From Octopus sinensis (lineage: Eukaryota), in NCBI RefSeq assembly GCF_006345805.1, contig NW_021836520.1, positions 1-23,844 of the forward strand: a stretch of DNA of 23,844 bases, given 5' to 3'. The translations under genes and the position numbers were made by a program. How positions within the stretch are numbered: position 1 is the stretch's first letter; each line of letters starts with the position of its first letter. Under the pieces are notes generated by a model. The model saw only the letters and a list, made by a program, of their open reading frames with translations, was not told the DNA's origin and did no database searches. Shown piece by piece: positions 12,529 to 22,583 of the stretch.

Positions 12529-12830
12529 TACGTACACTCACACAAATGTTTTGTTGCTTTCGTTCTGAATTTGCTATTTCCCATTTTATATGTTTAATTA
12601 TTTGCTATAATTAAAGTTATTTATATTTATAACTATTTATTATATTTCTCTGTCGTCATAAAATATCTGACTCGATATCATGGAAAGATAAGAAATATTG
12701 GGTGACGTTTGGAGGCTTTTAACTGAAAAACAAAAGCCCGGAATTATATATAAAAGTCTACGAAAACATTTATTTGAAAGCAACATCTAGACTAGTTACA
12801 AACTATCCAATATATAAACTATGTAGGCAA

Positions 12831-12869
<39 letters not shown>

Positions 12870-13016
12870 CACATATACATATATATACATACACAAATAT
12901 ATACATAGACACACACACACATATATATATCAGTATACTTATGCATATGTATATATATATAAACATATACATATATAGAAACATACATAAATATATAATA
13001 GATAGATAGATAGAAG

Positions 13017-13050
<34 letters not shown>

Positions 13051-13064
13051 TATAGATAGATAGA

Positions 13065-13153
<89 letters not shown>

Positions 13154-16100
13154 AAAGATAGATAGATGGATATAGATATAGATATATAGATATCAATATA
13201 TAAATATATATATATATATATATCATATACATATAAATTTATCAATATATATACACACACATACATATTTTTTATGATTAACGAATATATTGATATTTGT
13301 TAGTTAAACCACCCACCCAATGCACCCCACCCACCGACTACGAACCAAGAGAAGTGCCGAGACGACACCACAAGAAGTCAATGTAGAAGACACAAAGTTT
13401 AAGAAGACAACCAACATATACACCCGATGCGGTGTATCCAAAAAAGATGAAGAAATAGATTCTGTCAATAATACGATTCGTTTAACATCGATTCAGCAGG
13501 GATTGGAAACAGTGATCGATAATTAGTGTCCACAAGTGATTGGATATCGGTATTTTGGTGTTTATGTAATTGAGCGTCTGCGCGTGTTTTTGTGTTTGTG
13601 CCTGTCTGTCTTCCCATTTGTCTGTCTGTCTATCTGTATGTATGTATGCATGTATGTATGTATGTATCTATTATGTATGCATGTATGTATGCATGTATGT
13701 ATGTATGTATGTGTGTATGTGTGTATGTATGTATGCATGTATGTATGTATGTGTGTATGTGTGTATGTGTGTATGTATGTATGTATGTATGTCTGTATGT
13801 ATGTATGTATGTATGTATGTATGTATGTGTGTATGTGTGTAAGTATGTATGTATGTATGTATGTATGTATGTATATGTGTATGTGTGTATGTGTGTATGC
13901 ATGTATGTATGTATGTATGTATGTATGTATGTATGTATGTATGTGTGTATGTGTGTATGTATGTATGTATGTATGTGTGTATGTATGTATGTATGCATGT
14001 ATGTATGTATGTATGTATGTATGTATGTGTGTATGTATGTATGTATGTATGTATGTATGTATGTGTGTATGTATGTATGTATGTATGTATGTAGGTATGC
14101 GTGTATGTATGTATGTATGTATGTATGTATGTATGTATGTTTGTATCTATGGATGTATGCATGCAGGTATGTATGTATGTATGTATGTATGTATGCATGT
14201 ATGCATGTATGTATGTACTTATGTATGTATGTATGTGTGTATGCATGCATGTATGCATGCTATTATTCAGTTTATTTCAAGATTTATTGCCGATAGAGAA
14301 AGAACTGGTTTCTAACCTAGACTCACGGCTCCTTCATTGGAATTTCAACATCGACAACACGGTATTTTTCTATGTATGTATGTATGTATGTATGTATGTA
14401 TGCATGTATGTATGTATGTATGTATGTATGTATGTATGTATGTATGTATGTATGTATGTATGAATTATGTATTCTCATGCATATAGTTGCATATCTAGAC
14501 ATGCTCATATATAATGTATATTTAAATGATTATGTATATATGTATGTATGCATGTACGTACATATGTATGTATCTATGTTTGTATGTATGCATGTACGTA
14601 TGTGCATATGTATGTATGTATGTACGTATGTATGTATGTATGTATGTACGCATGTACATATGTATTACGTACTATGAATGTATGTTTGTGTGTGTATGTT
14701 TGTATGCGTGTGTTTGTATGATTTCGTTTCTGTGCTTGTGTTTATGTGCTTATGAGTGTAATTATATAAGTGTGAACTCAGCCGAAGAACTGCCGTTGAG
14801 CATTTCGTCCGACGTGCTGCCGATTCTGCCAGCCAGCCACCTTTGTTTCAAATTTTGACACAAGGATAGCAGTTTTCGGAGGAAAGGGAACAGTCAATAT
14901 AATCTAATCCCAATATTTGATTTGTAATCTCTTTATCGACCCCGAAGAGATGAAATGCAATTTTGGCCTCGGCGGAATTTGAACTCAGAACGTAAACAGC
15001 TAGAAGAAATGCTGATAAGATTTTTTGGCTTGATGCTCTAAGCATTCTGCTACTTCGTTGCGCTCGCTGTGGACAAGTACCTTGCGGTGTTTATTTACGT
15101 TACTTTAAGTTCTAGGTTCAAATGCTGCCTAATTCTCTTTCGGTTCAGTTCGAGTGAGTCCAACCCAACTTCTAGAATCAATTAGTCAGAACTCTGAATT
15201 TGAAAAAAGAAAAAGGTATCCTATAGCTAGGTTGAACTTAAGCATAAGAAGAGCACTCAGAGAGCGCAAACCTCTGCCAAGGTGACATCAACGTCCTCTC
15301 AATGATTAGCCAGGGGTGATTTTTAAAATGAGAATATCTGAAATAAACTCGACTGCTGTTAGAAACAAGAATACTAAAAATGAACCCGACCGCTCTCAAA
15401 AGTTAATTTTAAAAAAATAAACGAAAAATAACCAGAATCTTTGTCCTGTACCGGACAAAAAATTATAATCAGTTCGTGCTAGTCACAAGGCCAAACATCC
15501 TTGAAAGTTTCATCCAAATCCATCCAGTGGTTCTTGAGATATCTTGTCCACGGACAAACAAACAAACACGACTGAAAACAATACCTCCACCTTCGATAAG
15601 GCGGAGGTGCCAGGCGAAATGCTTAGCGGTATTTCGGCCGAAGTTACGTTCTGAGTTCAAATTCCGCCGAGGTTAACTTTGCCTTTCATTCTTTCGGGGT
15701 CGATAAATAAAGTACCAGTTACGCACTGGGGTTGATGTAATCGACTTAATACCTATGTCTGTCCTTGTTTGTCCCCTCTATGTTTAGTCCCTTGTGGGTA
15801 ATAAAGAAATAAGTATTTCGTCTGCCGCTACGTTCTGAGTTCAAATTCCGCTGAGGTAATAAATATGGAGAAAAGATGTAGCAACGGCCGAAACAGTTGA
15901 CGTACAGTGTAAATACTTCATTGTGCTTAATTATAATCCAACGTGTTCTGAGTTCAATTCCAACGTAGGCCAAGTGTTTGTGCGTACGTTTTATCAAAGA
16001 TTTCTGTGCATAATATATAGTAAATTTATAAGAACAGAAATTATATCTTACAGAAATTTCAAACATGGCTTGATGCTTTTGGTGTCTTTCCTCAAGAACT

Positions 16101-17685
16101 GCGTTTTCATATGTCGCAATATTTTCTATGATTTTCTGAAATTCTGCTTGTTTTCTTTCTGATTCCTCTTTCAGCCATTCGTATTTTTCCAGTAATAATG
16201 AAGATTCTTCTCGAACCAAATTCAACAATTCTTCTTCTAAATCCTTTAGTCCTTTCCTTTTTTTTAAATCGAATTCCTAGAAAAAAAAAGCATAGAAGTG
16301 ATGTTATATACAGATACATGTATACACACAAACATACATGCATGCATGCATATATACATACATATATGCAACTGCGCACATACCTATATGTGTGTATGTG
16401 TATTTGTGTGTGTGTGTACATACATACTTTATTGAGAACTTGAGGCATTTCTGCGTGCGTGTGATAATATGTATATGGGAAAATAAATCCCCTCTACACC
16501 CCTATAAGATTCGAACCACTTATTGCTCTCATTCTAGAATTCTGTCAACATTCTAGAATTAGACGTGGCTGTGTGGTAAGAAGATTGCTTCCCAACCACA
16601 TTGCTTTCACAGACGGAAACTGAAAGAAGCCCGTTGTATATATACTTACATATATCTATGTATGTGTATGTGTGTGTGTTTGAGTCTGTATGTGTACACC
16701 CCTCCATCACTGCTTAACAACCGGTGTTGGTGTGTTTACGCCCCCATAACTTAGCGGTTCAGCAACAGAGACTGATAGGATAAGTACTAGGTTTTAAAAA
16801 TGAATTTCGGGTTCGATTTGCTCGACTAAAACCCTTCAAGGTGGTCCTCCAGCATGGCCGCAGTCAAATGAATATGTTTGTTAAAGTGATAAAGCTGTGT
16901 TTATCTATGGCCTTTCTCAATTATTTTACTCTATTTTTCTCTAGTTTTGTAATACCTGATGGACAATAAACTTGGGTGGGGGGTCAAACTCATCGTGTTG
17001 CGATAAAACTATTATTGTCTCCGCTTCCTTGGATAAAATAAAGAGAGGCTTACCCTGTTCAGTGAATACATATCATGTTCTTGTTTCAATTCCAATTGTA
17101 TCACTAAATCTTTCTCTTTGTCTTCATATTCCTTCTGAATTTTAATCATCTCTTCTCTGCTACCTTGCTGCCAAAATGTTAGAACACAACGTGAACGAAC
17201 AGAAGAGAAGACGAACAAACAGAGAAACAGAAAATAAGCTACATAAGTCTAAAAATAAATATGATTACACTTATCAGAATGAAAATGCTCACTGCTTCAA
17301 AATTGATAACGCTGCATCTAAAATCGAGACTGTTACCTTACGTCAATGGTCCTCTGCGTGAGAGAACCTTGCACGATGTACAGAGCAATGGGAATGAAGA
17401 GAGGAGTCTTTGAGATGTGGGTTTTTCACAAGATTGAGTAGGTTAAGCAGGAAAGACTGGATAATAAATGCTGCAGTACTAGAAAAGCTGAAAGTCAATA
17501 GACACCTATTGTCGGGAAACAAGTCCGCAAAGCAATGATGGGCGCAGGAGTGGCTGTGTAGTAAGTAGCTTGCTTACCAGCCACATGGTTCCGGGTTCAG
17601 TCTCACTCGAGCCGACCAAAGCCTTGTGAGTGGATACGGTAGACGGAAACTGAAAGAAGCCCGTCGTATACACACACATACACAC

Positions 17686-17717
<32 letters not shown>

Positions 17718-18725
17718 TTGTGTATCTGTGTTTGTCCCACCAGCATCGCTTGACAACCGATTCTGGTGTGTTGACGTCCCCGTAACTTAGCGGTTCCGCA
17801 AAAGAGGCCGATAGAATAAGTACTAGGCTTACAAAGAATAAGTCCTGGGGTCGATTTGCTCGACTAAAGGCGGTGCTCTAGCATGGCCGCAGTCAAATGA
17901 CTGAAACAAGTAAAAGAGTATATTATGAACATACAATGCGCCGAGTTATTGCCAAAAAGTATTTTGACAGGAAGCGTTAAGAGGAAGAAAGAAAGAGGTT
18001 GTTAAAAACGTTTATAGACTGAAGACATCAACGGACAGACTGGAAACCAGATTCTGGATGGTTGTATAAGCATGAGATGGAAGACAGAGGGAAGTGGGGA
18101 GTCCGAGTAAATCGACCTCATCAAACAGAAAGGGCACCTACAAGGAATGATGAAATGTCGACATGATATTTTCATCGGTAATGATTTAAAAAGTTTTTTT
18201 TGCCTTCGATAATCAGGCATGAATATGGATTTCAAATTTTGGCACAACGCCAGCGACTTCGGGTGAAAGGGCAAGTCGATTACATCGATCCCGGTGCTTA
18301 ACTGATACTTATTTTATCGACCCCCAAAGAGATGAAGGGTAAAGTCGACCACGGTGCATTTGATAACCAGACGTGGATATGAAGACGCATAATGTTAAAG
18401 TGTCAATAATAACATATCAGAACACCAGACACCTATCTGTGATCCATGTATGGACAACAGCCATGGCGGATGGTTAAGAGGTCAAAACCATGTCATCCGA
18501 AGCTAACGTCTCAACAAGGAAACCACGGATCTATTTTATATTAAAAGTAAAAAATAAAACCAAACAAGTGATAAGCAATATAAATTTCAAAAGCAAAACC
18601 ATAAGGAAATAACACCTAAGTTTTATTTGAAAGGAAATTTTTTTATAAAACACTTACTTTTTTCTGAAGAGCTTCCATTGCATTCCTTCGTTCAGTGTGA
18701 AGCTTTTCTATCTCTGCCTATTATT

Positions 18726-18812
<87 letters not shown>

Positions 18813-20642
18813 CATCCAGAAAACAGCTAGTGTAGTCAATGCTTCATAGAATATACATGTGTTTCAGCAATTTACCGTGATGATTACATAACATTTGCAG
18901 ACACTTATATAGCCTTGCAAATATGTTTCTGTCTTACTGCTGCTTATACTGTCATTGAGTGAAGACTGCAAAATGCTTTTCAAACGGATTCATCTTTCTA
19001 AACTTCGAACGCGTCTCTTTCTGATCTGTGCGACACGCGATGCGGTGTGAATACTACAAAGTAGTATTTAAATTGTCACTCCGGCGATTCTGAGAGCCGC
19101 TACAGGTATTAGTAATTGAAACGTAACACGAGCAATTTGGGAAGTATTGATATCAGTGGTTCCTAACTGCGGCTCCAAGGGCCAAACGCGGCCCTCAAGC
19201 ATCCTTCTGGAGACCCTCTTTAATTGACTTGTGTTTCACTCTTTTTGGTGCGGCCCACTGAAAAAGTCCATGGCTTAGATCTGACCCAGATACTAAAAAG
19301 GTTGAAACCTACTTATCTATGCAGTCATTCTATTTGCTAGAAATATCAACCAAATCACGTTTTAATTAAACATCGCAATTTTAAATAAAAAATATATTTT
19401 ACAATGCAACATTATATATGTATATATATGTTTGTGAGTGTGTGTGTGTGTGTGTATGTGTGTATGTGCATATATATATATTATTATTATTATTATTGTT
19501 ATTATTATTATTGTTATTATTATTATTAGTCATCAGACCATATATTATTCCCATAGAAATACACTTGCGTCAGAAATTAATTAGCACTTCTCAAATTTCT
19601 ACATTAAATAGGTTAAATCAATTAACCTATGAGCTGTTCAAAACGTCTTACGCGATGAGAAAACTTAGTATGGTGTGATTTCGGTCCTTGCGAGGTGCTA
19701 CCTATATCTATTAAACAAAGGAAGATTTGTCTGCATCCGCACTCCAAGTTGTTGCACTGCTATGTCAACATCATAAGGCTGTAGACTCTCAAACTGCTCT
19801 GCAAACAAAGTTACGTCATCGTTCTGCGCAACAGTGAACTCGCAACAAAGCAATAGTTCGAGATATGGCCACTAGGTGACAGCACATACCTTGAGTGAAG
19901 AGCAAATCAAGGGTGCTAATTAATTTCTGACGGTAGTGTACAATAAGAGGCTTCCAATAAGAGGCTTTGGTGGTTTTGAGTTTTCTACTGCTCTTTCTAG
20001 CACAAGGCTTTCCTATTTGGAAGCCTCTTATTGTATTTCTATACATATATATATATATACACACATATTGTACATAGGCGCAGGCGTGGCTGTGTGGCAA
20101 GAAGATTGCTTCCAATCACATGGTTCTGGGTTCATTTCCACTGTAGGGCTCGTGAGTAGACGGAAACTGAATGAGGCCCGTAGTATGTGTGAGTGTGTGT
20201 GAGTGTGTGTGTGTGTGTATTTACGTGTATTTGACTCTGTGTATGTGTTTGTCCCTTCCATCACGGCTTGACAACCGGTGTTGATGTGTTTACGTCTCCG
20301 TACCCTAGCGGTTCAGCAAAAAGTACCTAATAAAATAAGTACCATGACTTAAAAAACGATGTCCTGGATGGTCAATTTGTTTGACTAAGACTCTTCAAGG
20401 CGGTACTCCAGCATGGTCGCAATCAAATAATACACAAAAATAAAAGCATGTATATATATATATATATGTATATGTGTGTGTGGGGGGGGAGTGTGGAGGC
20501 GCAATGGCCCAGTGGTTAGGGCAGCGGACTCGCGGTCGTAGGATCGCGATTTCGATTCTCAGACCGGGCGTTGTGTGGCGTCACTCGAAGGCTAAAACAG
20601 CGATGTGTAGCAAAATTCTGATGGTCTGGTCAGTCACGTGAT

Positions 20643-20695
<53 letters not shown>

Positions 20696-21168
20696 CTAAA
20701 CTGGCAACATGACCATTCCTAAATACAAAATATATATACAGGGAGAGAAAGAAGCAGAGAAAGAGAGAGGGAAATTAGGTGGTCATGACCAGAGCGCTTT
20801 TGATCAGAGTTAACATAGGATTAAGCAAGAACATCAACAACAACAAGCAAAAATAATATCAGAAATAATATCGAAAGACAAACCTTATTTCTGAGAGTAA
20901 TTTCTCTATGAACTTCCTGCTTGGCAATCTGAAACTGTTTATTCAGATTTTGAATAAATTCTTCAGTTTTACAACGGAATTCTCTAATAATCTTATATCC
21001 AGCTTGCGGAGAGACTTCCTGTGTTTCTATCATTTTATGGACCAGATCGACTGGAATTTTGGTGTAAGCTTCACATCTCATGATTTCAACTTGTTTTTCT
21101 AAAAACTGAGTTGAAGATATATCCCATCTGTAATAAACAATAATATAATAAATAATAATATAATAATA

Positions 21169-21217
<49 letters not shown>

Positions 21218-21239
21218 TAATAATAATAATAATAAAAAC

Positions 21240-21325
<86 letters not shown>

Positions 21326-22410
21326 GGCAAGAAAAACCTCTCTATGGCAAATACCCAAAGAGAGCAAATAATGCAGATGTTGACAAAGCCCTGACCCATC
21401 AATGGCTAATGGCCTCTGGCTTAAAATCTGAAACAGAGGGGTTTATCATACCAGCTCAAGATCAATGTCTACCAACAAGAAACTACCAGGCCAACATATT
21501 AAAGATCAGAAGCAGTCCAACGTGTCGTGTATGCAAGCAACAAAATGAAACCATTGACCATGTTATCTCCAAGTGCAGTCTTCTAGCGCCTACAGAGTAT
21601 CTCAACAGGCACGATAGAGCTGCACAATATATTCACTGGGTAATCTGTAAAAACCTGGATTTGCCCCATGAAAAAAACTGGTGGGAACACAAATCACCCC
21701 CAGTGCTTGCAAATGACCACATCTCACTCCTCTGGAACTTCACCATTCAAACTGACAGAAAGATAGATGCAATAGGCCAGACATCATATGAAATACTTCA
21801 AACAAAGACATGCCTCCTCATTGATATGACTGTCCCAATCGATATAAACGTACCTGTCAAGACCTACCAAAAACTGAGCAAATATAAAGATCTTGAAATA
21901 GAAATCAGCAACATGTGGAACCTGAAGACTAAAACAATACCTGTTGTCATAGGTGCCCTGGGAATAATAGCAAAAGGGGCTGATAGCTACCTAACTCAGA
22001 TACCAGGAAACCCAAAAATGGCAGAAATGCAAAAGATAGTGCTCATGGGAACTGCTCATATCCTACGCAAAATACTTTCTATGTAATCTCAAGGTTTAAA
22101 ACAAACATAATTTTCGGTTTAAAAAAAAAAAAAAAAACTTTTTTAGACATTCATTAGTACACACCCCCACCCCCCAAATATATGGCACACTAGGCATAAC
22201 AACAACATGAGCTTCCAACCCTGTTGTCTCTGAGGTCTCTGAGTGAGACTTGGAGCCAACTTGTACAATATAAAGCAAAAGTCAAACATAGAATAATAAT
22301 AATATAATAATAATAATAATAATAACAATAAAAATAATAACAATAATAATAATAATAATAATAACAATAATAACAACAATAATAATAACAACAACAACAA
22401 CAACAACAAC

Positions 22411-22448
<38 letters not shown>

Positions 22449-22515
22449 TAATAAATTATTGGATTGTCAATGGAATCTCTGTATATATATATATATATGT
22501 ATGTATATATATACG

Positions 22516-22583
<68 letters not shown>

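Noticed and set aside
13536-14858. Long MYVC/HTYI-repeat ORFs of up to 259 aa
   Set aside because: Translations of the (TATG)n array, which lacks stops in most frames.
16531-16560. Direct repeat cattctagaatt twice with 18-nt spacing
   Set aside because: Small local duplication of a palindromic AT-rich word that does not flank any element.
18019-18065. CUGAAGA...GAAAC with a possible helix III
   Set aside because: Stems I and II do not pair, and it lies in the RTE remnant.
20493-20570. tRNA-like sequence with A and B boxes (also at 9244 and the family A/B heads)
   Set aside because: No complete cloverleaf or acceptor stem; these continue into SINE bodies and are SINE heads.
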